Of a DNA stretch of 64,000 nt, positions 35,016-46,146 are shown in pieces. The notes under the pieces were generated by a model. It was not told where the DNA came from. It saw nothing but the letters and a program-made list of their open reading frames with translations, and ran no database searches. The position numbers and the translations under genes were made by a program. The stretch comes from a virus. Position 1 is the stretch's first letter; every line of letters begins with the position of its first letter. The stretch lies in IMG/VR virus record IMGVR_UViG_3300008262_000040; one strand, written 5' to 3'.

Positions 35016-36635
35016 TTACATCATTCCAGCCATAGGATCGAGTTGCGAACTCTCATCCTTATCCTTTTTCTGGAATACGATAGACTCTGTGGTGAGTATG
35101 GTACCAGCGACAGAAGCAGCGTTCTTTAGTGCAGTTATCACAACCTTTGCTGGGTCGATGATGCCGGATTCAAAGGCGTCTACCAATCTGTGATTCTTTG
35201 CGTCGTAGACTTGACCTTCGCCTGGTATGTTTTCGAACCAGTTCTCAATGCCAGCGTTAGATAAGATCTTTTTGAAAGGGGCTTGTAAAGCGTTACGTAC
35301 AATGTCCCTAGCTATAGATACGTTATCGCTATTTTCTGCTCTGTGGTTAAGTGCCACTCTGTATAATGTTGCCCCACCGCCTGGTACGATACCATCTGCC
35401 AATGCTGCTTTAGTCGCAAATAGTGCATCTTCTACTCTGTCTTTCTTTTCTTTGATCTCAACCTCAGAGTTTCCTCCAACGTTTATGATGGCTACTCCAC
35501 CTATCATTTTGCCTAAGCGTTCTTGTAGCTTTTCCCTTTCAAAGAACGATGTTGCTTTCTCGATCTGTTCTTTGATCTCGTTAGCTCTTGCTTCGATCTT
35601 CTCTGTTTCTCCTTTACCGTCGACGATTGTTGTTTCGTCCTTAGATACTGTCACAAGTCTTGTAGTTCCGAGATACTGACTCAGGTTCGCAGCAGAGATT
35701 TTATCAAGCTTGTGTCCCTTGTCTTTAGATAACAACTGTCCGCCTGTTAACACTGCAATGTCTTCTAGAATGAGAGTCTTTCTATCTCCAAAATCTGGCG
35801 CTTTGACTGCACACACTTGTACGATTCCACGCATCTTGTTAACGATCATCGTGGCCAGTGCCTCGTCTCCAAAGTCCTCAGCTATCACTAACAACGGTTT
35901 GTTCTCTGAGTTGGCTTTCGTCATAACTTGTAAGAGTTCCTGTGCTGTAGAGATACGTCCATCGTACAACAAAATGTAAGGATTCTCCAATACTGCCTGC
36001 ATCGTAGTGTTGTTTGTTACGAAGTACGGACTCTTGTAGCCTCTTTCGAACTGCATGCCCTCAACCACCTCTAGTTCTGTTTCACCAGACTTTGACTCTT
36101 CAATGGTAACCACGCCCTCTCTGCCTACTTTGTCTATGGCTGCAGCGATAAGATTTCCAACTTCTGTATCGTTGTTACCAGATATGGAAGCCACGTGTTT
36201 AATCTGCTCTTCAGAACTTATGTCTACTGCAAGACTTTTGATCTCTTTTACTATTTCATCAACGATGTTATCTATCTCCTTCTTTACTGCTACTGCGTTA
36301 ACTCCCTGGCGAATTTCCTTCAATCCGGCCTTAACCATCTCTGTAGCTATTAGAGTAGACGTAGTTGTACCATCGCCAGCTTCGTTTGCTGACTTAATCG
36401 ATACCTGCTTTACTAATTGTGCTCCGATGTCTTCAATATCGTCTTCTAATTTGTTGAAGCTCTTTGCTACTGAAACACCGTCTTTAGTAACTTTTACCTC
36501 TCCGTTTGGTTCACGGATTAGTACAGTTCTACCACCTGGTCCCAACGTTGAAGACACTGATGCGTTCAGCTTCTCTACGCCAGCCAATAACTTTTCTTTT
36601 AATTCTTGTCCGAATACGCTTTTTGTTGTGCTCAT
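35016..36635 (-). CDS. groL: Chaperonin GroEL
   Basis: TLGPGGR, TKDGVSVA, AGDGTTT, EGMQFERGY, C-terminal GMM. Confidence 0.95.
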   Translation of the reverse strand: MSTTKSVFGQELKEKLLAGVEKLNASVSSTLGPGGRTVLIREPNGEVKVTKDGVSVAKSFNKLEDDIEDIGAQLVKQVSIKSANEAGDGTTTSTLIATEMVKAGLKEIRQGVNAVAVKKEIDNIVDEIVKEIKSLAVDISSEEQIKHVASISGNNDTEVGNLIAAAIDKVGREGVVTIEESKSGETELEVVEGMQFERGYKSPYFVTNNTTMQAVLENPYILLYDGRISTAQELLQVMTKANSENKPLLVIAEDFGDEALATMIVNKMRGIVQVCAVKAPDFGDRKTLILEDIAVLTGGQLLSKDKGHKLDKISAANLSQYLGTTRLVTVSKDETTIVDGKGETEKIEARANEIKEQIEKATSFFEREKLQERLGKMIGGVAIINVGGNSEVEIKEKKDRVEDALFATKAALADGIVPGGGATLYRVALNHRAENSDNVSIARDIVRNALQAPFKKILSNAGIENWFENIPGEGQVYDAKNHRLVDAFESGIIDPAKVVITALKNAASVAGTILTTESIVFQKKDKDESSQLDPMAGMM

Positions 36636-36641
36636 ATTTTT

Positions 36642-36935
36642 TTAGTTTTCTAAGATTGCCAATATTTCTGTTTCTTTGATTAAAATGTAATCTTCGCCGT
36701 CAACTGTTACTTTCATAGATCCCATCTTAGGAATCAATACTTTCTGTCCCTTTTCCAATTTCGTCTTGTAGTAAGTACCCTGTTGCCAGTTGTAAGTATC
36801 AGATGAAGCTACTACTTCTCCAACCTCAGGTTTTTCTTTTCCCATGTCAGGAATGACTATGTTGCCGTAAGTCATTTCGTCCTCTTCTATCCATTTTAGG
36901 ACTGCGATTCCGTTAATCGGTTTTAATTTACTCAT
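36642..36935 (-). CDS. groS: Co-chaperonin GroES
   Basis: MSKLKPING...IVIPD..KEKP..GEVVA...ETEILAI; start refined to 36935. Confidence 0.9.
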   Translation of the reverse strand: MSKLKPINGIAVLKWIEEDEMTYGNIVIPDMGKEKPEVGEVVASSDTYNWQQGTYYKTKLEKGQKVLIPKMGSMKVTVDGEDYILIKETEILAILEN

Positions 36936-36949
36936 GTTTCTGTTTTTAT

Positions 36950-37141
36950 TTAATCGTTTATTATTTCGGCCTCTTCGATCAATTGGCAAAAGTACATGAT
37001 ATTGTCCCTTCTAAAGACAATGTCAGTTTTTAACCAGTCTTTAACCATATCAACGTTTTTTATTCGTTCTTCTGGCCAAGCTCTCTTAATCTGGTAGAGG
37101 GATCCGTTTACTGAAATGTAATTTTTACAAATAGATAACAT
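36950..37141 (-). CDS. Conserved hypothetical protein in the chaperone operon
   Basis: ORF track. Confidence 0.65.
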   Translation of the reverse strand: MLSICKNYISVNGSLYQIKRAWPEERIKNVDMVKDWLKTDIVFRRDNIMYFCQLIEEAEIIND

Positions 37142-37146
37142 AACTT

Positions 37147-37163
37147 TACTTGGTAGGCTTAGC
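37147..37163. repeat. Inverted-repeat arm downstream of hsp20
   Basis: TACTTGGTAGGCT (37147-37159) is the exact reverse complement of 37642-37654. Confidence 0.8.
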
Positions 37164-37164
37164 T

Positions 37165-37575
37165 TTAATTGATGGTGATTTCTTTTAAGATTTTAGTCTT
37201 TTCTGCGGGAACGTCTAATATCAGAAGTCCCTTTTCCATCTTAGCCTCTAACTTTGCTAGATTGTATTTGTCAGCAACTCTCCAAGCTAGGTCGAAGGAT
37301 CGTCTTGCTATTCCACGTTGAATGTACTCACGAGATTCTGTTTCACCAGGTCCATCGTGAATAACCCTAAGCGTATTGCCTTCTACTTGGATTTTTAGGT
37401 CTTTCTTTTCCAAACCTACAACGGCCAATTCAAACCTTAGGCCTGTTTCAGTTTCGTAAATGTCTACGGGATAATTGATCTTTGTCTTGATGCTGTTGAA
37501 AGTGGAAGTGGTGTCAAAGAAATTCTTCCACATGATGTCGAATGGGTCCATTGCCCAATGTTGTAATTGTGTCAT
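37165..37575 (-). CDS. Small heat-shock protein, Hsp20/IbpA family
   Basis: YPVDI, ELAVVGLEKKDL, YIQRGIARRSF, MEKGLLILDVP. Confidence 0.9.
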   Translation of the reverse strand: MTQLQHWAMDPFDIMWKNFFDTTSTFNSIKTKINYPVDIYETETGLRFELAVVGLEKKDLKIQVEGNTLRVIHDGPGETESREYIQRGIARRSFDLAWRVADKYNLAKLEAKMEKGLLILDVPAEKTKILKEITIN

Positions 37576-37638
37576 TTTAAACCTCCTGTGTTTTGTGCTC
37601 CTATAAAGTGAGCGGTTAATGTTTGTTTTTTCGTAACT

Positions 37639-37659
37639 GCTAGCCTACCAAGTACTAGC
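37639..37659. repeat. Inverted-repeat arm / hairpin in the hsp20 5' leader
   Basis: GCTAG-TACTTGGTAGG-CTAGC hairpin on the minus strand; complementary to 37147-37163. Confidence 0.75.
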
Positions 37660-37709
37660 GTTTGTATATAAATATACATACTTTTAAATTAGTATAACAA
37701 TATTAATCT

Positions 37710-40016
37710 CTAGTGACCATCTCTAAGGTTATGTGCGATAGCAGGAACTGCCACCAGAGGTACGTTCAACTTGGTTGTATTCTCCATCTTATCTTGTACT
37801 ATCTCTGCGGCTTCTTTTGCTCTCGATTCTTCTACTTCCATAACCAGCTGATCATGGATTTGGGCGATTACTTGACCGTTTATGCCTCTTTTTTGGAACT
37901 CTCTATTTATTGCAATAGCAGCTCTATTTACCACCGAAGCTGCCATACTCTGTATCTGAAAGTTCATTGAAGAGTTGACTCCGTTCTTGTATTGGCTTAT
38001 CAATCTGGTTGCTTTAACTTGTCCGTACTGTTTCTCTAATTGCTTTTTGAAATCGTAGTTCGTTATGGAATCACCAAACACTTCGTATATCTTCTTTAGA
38101 TTGTCCAAGTGTCGTATCCTACCGACCTGTGTTTTGATATAACCGTTCTCCTTTGCAAATAGCTTTGACTCTTCCATCCACTTCTTAAGATTTGGAAACC
38201 CGTTTAAGTAACCGTTAACAAGTTCTTCTGCTTCTTTTCTCTTAACACCTATAGTCATACCAAGCGCGTAAGGCGACATTCCATAAGGTATACCAAGAGA
38301 GTATGCTTTAGCTTTGTTTCTGAGAGCTGGTGCTACCTTCTTTAAGAAGTTTGAGTCTTTAGGATCGGGTGAGTATTGGTTGAGCTTCTCTGTTTTTATA
38401 GCGATGGTCGAATAGAAATCGTAGTCCTTAAAGAATATCTCGTACAATCCCTCGTCACCAGACACGTGAGAGAACACTCGAGGTTCCAATGACGAATAGT
38501 CACAATCTATGAAAATGTTACCTTCTTTTGGTACGAAGAAAGCTCTGATCATGTTGTTGTACTCTACCACTATTGGATCATCGTCGCCTTCTTCTTTAGG
38601 TCTTGGTAACTGCTGAGCATCTGATCCGTACCTACCAGAAACTGTTGCGTGTTGCTTGTAGTAGAAGTAGTAATTGCCGCCTTCCTCTGATTCTAAGAAG
38701 CGATCTACGTAGGTGGATTTTATTTTAAGCAGCTTGTTGTATACTCTAAGACTCTTGGCCCAGTTATGCTTCTTGAATATAGATTGTATGAGATCGTCAT
38801 CGAACTGTGGTTTACCAGTCTTTGTGGTTGATAGAGGCTTTATTCCTAAAGCCCCGAAAGCTATCTCACCCAAGTGATCCTTTGATTGAATGTTAAAGTA
38901 GTTTCCGTTGTTTTGGTCCTTCCACATTTTCACAGCTATCTTGATCTTAATATCTTCCTCAAGGAAAGTTGGATCGTTGGTCTCAAAGAAAGACTTTATG
39001 GGTCCATCTTCAAGGTTTGCGACAGAATTTGTGGTTATAGAATATTTACCGCTAGCTAACTTATCGAAAGGCAACTTAAGCTCTTCTACTAATTCTTGGG
39101 CAAACGCGCCCTTGTTGCTTGGTGGATAGTCCTCCATCGCTCTGTACATCACCCAAGTGCGCACCTCTGGCTTTTCTAACAGTTCCTTTGTTACTATGCT
39201 ATGATATCTAATCAAGTCATCAGAGACTCTCTGTTTAGCTTGGGTGATGAGTTCCATGTCCAATCTAACACCGCACTCTTCCATAGGTATTGTAACTTCC
39301 TTGTATAGAGGCATTACCTCGTCTTCGTAAAAGAACTTAGTTAGTCCCTCCTTTTCAAGTATCTGAGAGAAGTAGTTGTAGATCCTAAGAGTTAAGTCCG
39401 TATCAGCAACGGCGTACTTTCCAAGAATGGATAGGTCAGCTTTGTAAATCTCGTAATTGTCTTTAGATATCGAACCTCCGTTTGCCTTTATGGAAGTCTT
39501 TAGTTCTATTTGCTCTTCGTTGGCTTCCTTCTCTACGTCTAGTCCTATCTCAGCTTGAACAGACTTAGCTATCTCTTTCAAAGCAAATGGTGAACTTGAT
39601 CCGAACCCAGCTCCTTCCTCTCTTACAGTATGCACCATCAACATCGTATCAGCATGCACGCTTGGAGTTAGATCTATTCCGTAAAAGCACTTAACGAATC
39701 TCGTATCGAAAGATAGATTGTGTCCAATTATTTTTTTGCCAACAAGTAGTTCTATTAGCTTCTTAGCGACTGAATGGCAAGATTGTCCTTCTATTTCGTT
39801 CTCTATAAGCTTTTCACCTGAATAGATCATCGTCGGATAGTAGTAACCTGTACCCTCTTTAGTAGTTACTGAGAAACCTACAATTTTACCCTTTCTTGTG
39901 TTTAATGAATTGGTCTCCGTATCAAATGCTATTACGTCTGACTCTAATATGTACTTTGCTAACTCTTTTGTCTTTTCTGTTGAATCTACTATTACATAAC
40001 TTTTTTCTGTTGTCAT
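37710..40016 (-). CDS. polA: DNA polymerase, family A, with 3'-5' exonuclease
   Basis: FDTET, GHNLSFD, DYSSLEPR (motif A), KAYSLGIPYG (motif B), IHDQ (motif C). Confidence 0.95.
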   Translation of the reverse strand: MTTEKSYVIVDSTEKTKELAKYILESDVIAFDTETNSLNTRKGKIVGFSVTTKEGTGYYYPTMIYSGEKLIENEIEGQSCHSVAKKLIELLVGKKIIGHNLSFDTRFVKCFYGIDLTPSVHADTMLMVHTVREEGAGFGSSSPFALKEIAKSVQAEIGLDVEKEANEEQIELKTSIKANGGSISKDNYEIYKADLSILGKYAVADTDLTLRIYNYFSQILEKEGLTKFFYEDEVMPLYKEVTIPMEECGVRLDMELITQAKQRVSDDLIRYHSIVTKELLEKPEVRTWVMYRAMEDYPPSNKGAFAQELVEELKLPFDKLASGKYSITTNSVANLEDGPIKSFFETNDPTFLEEDIKIKIAVKMWKDQNNGNYFNIQSKDHLGEIAFGALGIKPLSTTKTGKPQFDDDLIQSIFKKHNWAKSLRVYNKLLKIKSTYVDRFLESEEGGNYYFYYKQHATVSGRYGSDAQQLPRPKEEGDDDPIVVEYNNMIRAFFVPKEGNIFIDCDYSSLEPRVFSHVSGDEGLYEIFFKDYDFYSTIAIKTEKLNQYSPDPKDSNFLKKVAPALRNKAKAYSLGIPYGMSPYALGMTIGVKRKEAEELVNGYLNGFPNLKKWMEESKLFAKENGYIKTQVGRIRHLDNLKKIYEVFGDSITNYDFKKQLEKQYGQVKATRLISQYKNGVNSSMNFQIQSMAASVVNRAAIAINREFQKRGINGQVIAQIHDQLVMEVEESRAKEAAEIVQDKMENTTKLNVPLVAVPAIAHNLRDGH

Positions 40017-40018
40017 AA

Positions 40019-40219
40019 CTAACTTTCTTTATCTTTATTTTTGTATGGAAATAACTCGTTTAACTTATCTTTACGTCTTTCACAGCCGCAATCTTCATGA
40101 CCAAGCGACTCAGCTATCTTTTGAGCTAACTCGTCTATCCTAAGAAGCTCTGTTATCTTAGCTATAGTGTCTCCAAGACCTTCAGATGGTTTGTTTGTTT
40201 TCTGTTGCTTTTTCTTCAT
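40019..40219 (-). CDS. Conserved phage protein
   Basis: GLGDTIAK...DCGCERRKDKLN. Confidence 0.7.
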   Translation of the reverse strand: MKKKQQKTNKPSEGLGDTIAKITELLRIDELAQKIAESLGHEDCGCERRKDKLNELFPYKNKDKES

Positions 40220-40382
40220 CTTGCTTCATTTTTACGCTAAAGAAAAGTATCATGACCTGGTTTGCCAAAGTCTGAAAGTCCCTTTTTAACTTTGTTATTT
40301 TAGCATGTTGGTATACTTGTAATACAAACAATACTATACATATAACGAAATATGCATTTTCTCGAGTGATAACGAATGTCAT
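40182..40382 (-). CDS. Small membrane protein
   Basis: N-terminal TM plus coiled coil. Confidence 0.6.
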   Translation of the reverse strand: MTFVITRENAYFVICIVLFVLQVYQHAKITKLKRDFQTLANQVMILFFSVKMKQDEEKATENKQTI

Positions 40383-40402
40383 GTTTTTATTTTAAATATA
40401 AC

Positions 40403-42299
<1,897 letters not shown>

Positions 42300-42386
42300 T
42301 TTGCCTATAAATTTTATTTTTTAAACAATATAATATACCTTAGAGATTTCTCTCTAAAAAATTTTAATAATAAGTTCCGCTATTTA

Positions 42387-42587
42387 TTACTTGGGTAGAG
42401 TGCCTTTACTGTTATCAGTTGAGGCAATTGAAGACGGATTAGATTTCGCTTTACTAGCAGCGTTATTGCCAGTGCGACCTTTCCTTAACACTTCGCTTAA
42501 TATGAATCCTACGTATTTTATGGGGTTTTCAATTATTCTGTAACTATCCCCTTTTGGTGCCATGTTAAATTTACTAAGCAAACTCAT
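42387..42587 (-). CDS. Hypothetical protein
   Basis: ORF track; late motif at 42608-42615. Confidence 0.55.
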   Translation of the reverse strand: MSLLSKFNMAPKGDSYRIIENPIKYVGFILSEVLRKGRTGNNAASKAKSNPSSIASTDNSKGTLPK

Positions 42588-42631
42588 AGTTAATCCGTTT
42601 TGTAATAATAAATATGCTAATTTTCGATTGT

Positions 42632-44008
42632 TTACAGACCTAACTCAAAAAACTTGCTAGATAAGTACTTTTTCTCATCGTTGTCTATTCTACTGAACCC
42701 AGAAGGGGCTGAACTCGTATCTACCTTAAGCTCGGAATCGTCCATTTCAGAAGCGTCTATGTCTATGTGTCCATTAGCTGTATTTATTTTAGCAGAAAAA
42801 GTCATACCATCGCTTCCAAATCTGTTTTTGATAACGTGAATTCTACCGGTTCCAGCGAGCTTATCTCCCCTTTTTCTTGATAGTGACATAGCAAAGTCGG
42901 CTATCATGATCTTATCGTAAGAACCAGCTATCTTATCGGCCTCGATAATGTCGTCTTTACTACCCATACGATTAACCTGACTAACTGTCCAAATTGGAGT
43001 CCTTATCTGCCTTGCCAAACCCTTGATTGAAGTATACACATCATCAATTTGATCTTTTCTTTCTGATGACTTAGACTTAGATCTCAGCAAGTCAACGTAA
43101 TCTATAATGACTAGATCTGGCTTGTGTCCAAGAGTTACGCACTTCTGAATGTGGGTCTCTATGCTAGAGGGCGTGGTTTTTCCCATTGGGTATTCTTTAA
43201 TGATTAACTTGCCAGGTAATGAGTTAATGGTCTCCTCTATCAATTTTCTACTCTCAGTCTTATGAATATTTTGAAAGTCTATTCCTGTGAGTATAGAATC
43301 GTAACGCTTACCTACATACTCTTGAGAAAGTTCTAGCGTGTAGTGACATACTGTGTATCCCATTTTAACTGCTGTGGCTCCCAAGTTAATTAAGAACCAA
43401 GATTTACCTCCACCTGGAGAACCCAATACCATGCCTAGATCACCAGCTCCGAGGCCTCCCATTAATAGGTCGTTGATGTGTGGCCAAATAGTTGGTACAG
43501 CGCCACGCTCTTCTAGTCTATATCTGCTTTCTAAGTCTTTTTCGTATTCGTGTCCTAAATCTCTGCTCTGTCCTGCTTTAAGAGCTTGATCGATCATAGA
43601 TCTGATGTCGTCGTACTGACCTTTTGTAAGCAACTCTACGGAGTTCATCAAAGCCTTTTTCAATTGTTGGTTCTTACAGAAGTTACTAAACTCTGTCTCA
43701 ACGTACTCTTGATCCTCGTTGATTGCTTTTAACGCCTCTTTAAGCTGCTCCACTATTGTTACTTTCAATACGTCGTTCTCAATCTTCTTTACTTCAACAG
43801 ATAAATACTCAGGAGTTGGATTTGCGTGGTACTTTGAGTAGTACTTTAGTGTTTCCTCAACTATCCACTTGTGAGCTGGGTTATCGAACTCCTCTGGGTT
43901 TAATAGATCGTAAACCCCGTGTAAGAACTCCTTGTGTTTTAGAAGCGACGATATTACCTTTATCTGAAAAGATACTCCGTACGCTTGTAAAGTGTTTAAT
44001 GTACTCAT
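42632..44008 (-). CDS. DnaB/gp41-like replicative helicase
   Basis: GSPGGGKS, YTLEL, IIDYVDLL, SQVNR, KNRFG. Confidence 0.9.
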   Translation of the reverse strand: MSTLNTLQAYGVSFQIKVISSLLKHKEFLHGVYDLLNPEEFDNPAHKWIVEETLKYYSKYHANPTPEYLSVEVKKIENDVLKVTIVEQLKEALKAINEDQEYVETEFSNFCKNQQLKKALMNSVELLTKGQYDDIRSMIDQALKAGQSRDLGHEYEKDLESRYRLEERGAVPTIWPHINDLLMGGLGAGDLGMVLGSPGGGKSWFLINLGATAVKMGYTVCHYTLELSQEYVGKRYDSILTGIDFQNIHKTESRKLIEETINSLPGKLIIKEYPMGKTTPSSIETHIQKCVTLGHKPDLVIIDYVDLLRSKSKSSERKDQIDDVYTSIKGLARQIRTPIWTVSQVNRMGSKDDIIEADKIAGSYDKIMIADFAMSLSRKRGDKLAGTGRIHVIKNRFGSDGMTFSAKINTANGHIDIDASEMDDSELKVDTSSAPSGFSRIDNDEKKYLSSKFFELGL

Positions 44009-44011
44009 GTA

Positions 44012-45028
44012 TTAATTATATTTGCTTAAGTTAAAAAAATGATTGTGTAACCATGTCCTTGGGTCTTTTATGCTCGCGCCTAGATCGTCTTCTTCATACA
44101 ATCTAAGAAATTCTTGCGAATTGAACTGCTTATAAGGTTCGAGTATTACATTTTTTATTACTTGTACGTCTTCGTCAGGTATGTTTGGAGATCTTAGATC
44201 CATCAATAATTTATTTATCTTTATCTGACTTTTGAAGTTAATTATGTTATTGTGTACCTTCTTCTTTCCAGTTTCACACACGTTAAGCACCTCTTCCAGA
44301 GTCATTTCCGTGCTCTTGGCCAGCGCAGGAAATTCCTTAAGTAAAGTCTTAGGTCCTAAACCTATAACACCCGGAACGTTATCCCCTGAGTCCCCAAGAA
44401 GCATCTTCTGTAATAAGAAGTTGTTTGGATGCACTCCGTATTCAGAAAGCACCCTACCTTCGTTATACAAAATCTTCTTTGTTGGAGAATAAATAGTAAC
44501 CTTTTCGCTGACAAGTTGCAAGTAGTCCCTATCGCTCGACATGATGGTGATATCTCCGTCCACTATTGAAGTCAAATATCCTATCACGTCGTCTGCCTCT
44601 ACTTTATCGATAGACAATATATCAACAGGCAAACAACGCAAATACTCTATGAGTCTTACGAGTTGATTGGTTATAGATTCTGACTCTTCTTCTTGACTTT
44701 CGTAGTGGTCCCAATTGGTTATTCTCTTTATACCTCTATTTGCTTTGTACTCTGGATAGATATATCGCTTATTTGTTGAAGACCCTTTGCCGTCAAATAC
44801 CAATATAACTCTTGTAGGTCTGACTATGTTTATCACTGAACCCATCGATCTAAGAAACCCAGTTAGTCCTCCTATGGGCGTTAAATTCCTATTTGTGTGC
44901 TGTATTACAGCGAATGCTCTCATGAATGTATTTAACGAATCTATGAGCAACACACGACTGTTTACCTTCAACTCCTCTTGCTTTTCTTCTTTCAAGGAGT
45001 CGAACAATTTTTTATAGTCTTCTCTCAT
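44012..45028 (-). CDS. 5'-3' exonuclease / T4 RNase H-like flap nuclease
   Basis: LIDSLN, FDGKG, YKANR, EADDVI, SSDRDYLQL, GDSGDNVPGV. Confidence 0.9.
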   Translation of the reverse strand: MREDYKKLFDSLKEEKQEELKVNSRVLLIDSLNTFMRAFAVIQHTNRNLTPIGGLTGFLRSMGSVINIVRPTRVILVFDGKGSSTNKRYIYPEYKANRGIKRITNWDHYESQEEESESITNQLVRLIEYLRCLPVDILSIDKVEADDVIGYLTSIVDGDITIMSSDRDYLQLVSEKVTIYSPTKKILYNEGRVLSEYGVHPNNFLLQKMLLGDSGDNVPGVIGLGPKTLLKEFPALAKSTEMTLEEVLNVCETGKKKVHNNIINFKSQIKINKLLMDLRSPNIPDEDVQVIKNVILEPYKQFNSQEFLRLYEEDDLGASIKDPRTWLHNHFFNLSKYN

Positions 45029-45038
45029 TTTTTGTTTT

Positions 45039-46109
45039 TTATTCTGATTCGTCGTACGCTATGGTAGTTTCTACTTGTTCTTCGATCAACTCAAAATCTG
45101 CAGACCCAAGAACTCTTATCCACTCTTCGGAATGTTCGTTTTTATAATTGTTTATCGCAGATGGAGAATCATCAATGAAACCGTGTGGAGTCATTATCAC
45201 CTTAGAAACAGCTGTAACTCCAGTGATGTGGTTCTTATCGCACGATATCCTTGTTCTTTTGGCGAATTCGATGTCTTTACCAGCCTTGCTTGCTTTGATC
45301 TTATTGGTACCAGCTTTTGCTACGTTACCAAAAGTGATTACGAGAGAGGCATCGAAGTACATTGTGTTTCCTCCTTTGTTCTGCAATGTTGGTTGACCCA
45401 TCGGATTGTCTGGTTTAGCTACCCACACCTTATTAATAGCGATCAAGGTATTTGTGAACGGTTGACTTTCCTTTCTGCTCAATACGATTCTCTGATTGAT
45501 GAAGTTACCGAACTGCTGTGACATAGCTCCTGCGTTCCACTCGTTGTTGTTAGTTGACTTCTCTACAGACATTCTACAAGGTATTGAGCCAACTGAGTCC
45601 CAAAAGAAGCACAGATCGTACGGTAGATTGCCCTTCTTCTGTTCGTCGAGTATGTCTGCTATGAACGCAGCTACGTCTTCTACACACTGTAACTTTTCAC
45701 GATCTATGAATATGAAGAATCCATCGTAATCGCAAACAACACCATCTTCGTTAGCAACCTCATTGAATTGTAGTCCCATAAGCCTCGCGTGCTCCCAAGA
45801 CCACTTCATCTCTGTAATAACGAAAACTGGTAGTATGCCCATCTTTTGACAGGACACTGCTGCTTCCAATAAGGCTGTGGTTTTGCCAGTATCTGAGTGG
45901 CCACGAAGTAGACTTATGTGTCCAACTGGAAGACCGGGTACTTGTAACGCCTCTTGAAACGATTTTGATAGTGGTATCCAACGATCGTCTTTGAACTTAA
46001 CAGACGTAGTGCTGAGGTTCTTCTTCTTTTTGAAACCTTCTAAGTTGAATCCCCCTTTAACTGCGTTAGATATAGCGCCGTTTAGACTTTGTTTTTTTTC
46101 TTTTGCCAT
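45039..46109 (-). CDS. RecA/UvsX-like recombinase
   Basis: GHSDTGKTT Walker A; WDSVGS Walker B. Confidence 0.85.
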   Translation of the reverse strand: MAKEKKQSLNGAISNAVKGGFNLEGFKKKKNLSTTSVKFKDDRWIPLSKSFQEALQVPGLPVGHISLLRGHSDTGKTTALLEAAVSCQKMGILPVFVITEMKWSWEHARLMGLQFNEVANEDGVVCDYDGFFIFIDREKLQCVEDVAAFIADILDEQKKGNLPYDLCFFWDSVGSIPCRMSVEKSTNNNEWNAGAMSQQFGNFINQRIVLSRKESQPFTNTLIAINKVWVAKPDNPMGQPTLQNKGGNTMYFDASLVITFGNVAKAGTNKIKASKAGKDIEFAKRTRISCDKNHITGVTAVSKVIMTPHGFIDDSPSAINNYKNEHSEEWIRVLGSADFELIEEQVETTIAYDESE

Positions 46110-46117
46110 ATTAGATT

Positions 46118-46146
46118 AAAATGCCCCTCTGGGAGGGGCTTTTTTT
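46118..46146 (-). terminator. Hairpin terminator after the SSB gene
   Basis: GCCCCTC-CCA-GAGGGGC with flanking A/T runs. Confidence 0.7.

Noticed and set aside
32989-36989. N-terminal extensions in the ORF track (33025, 33342, 34107, 36989)
   Set aside because: They overlap upstream genes; internal ATGs with A-rich leaders match the family N-termini better.
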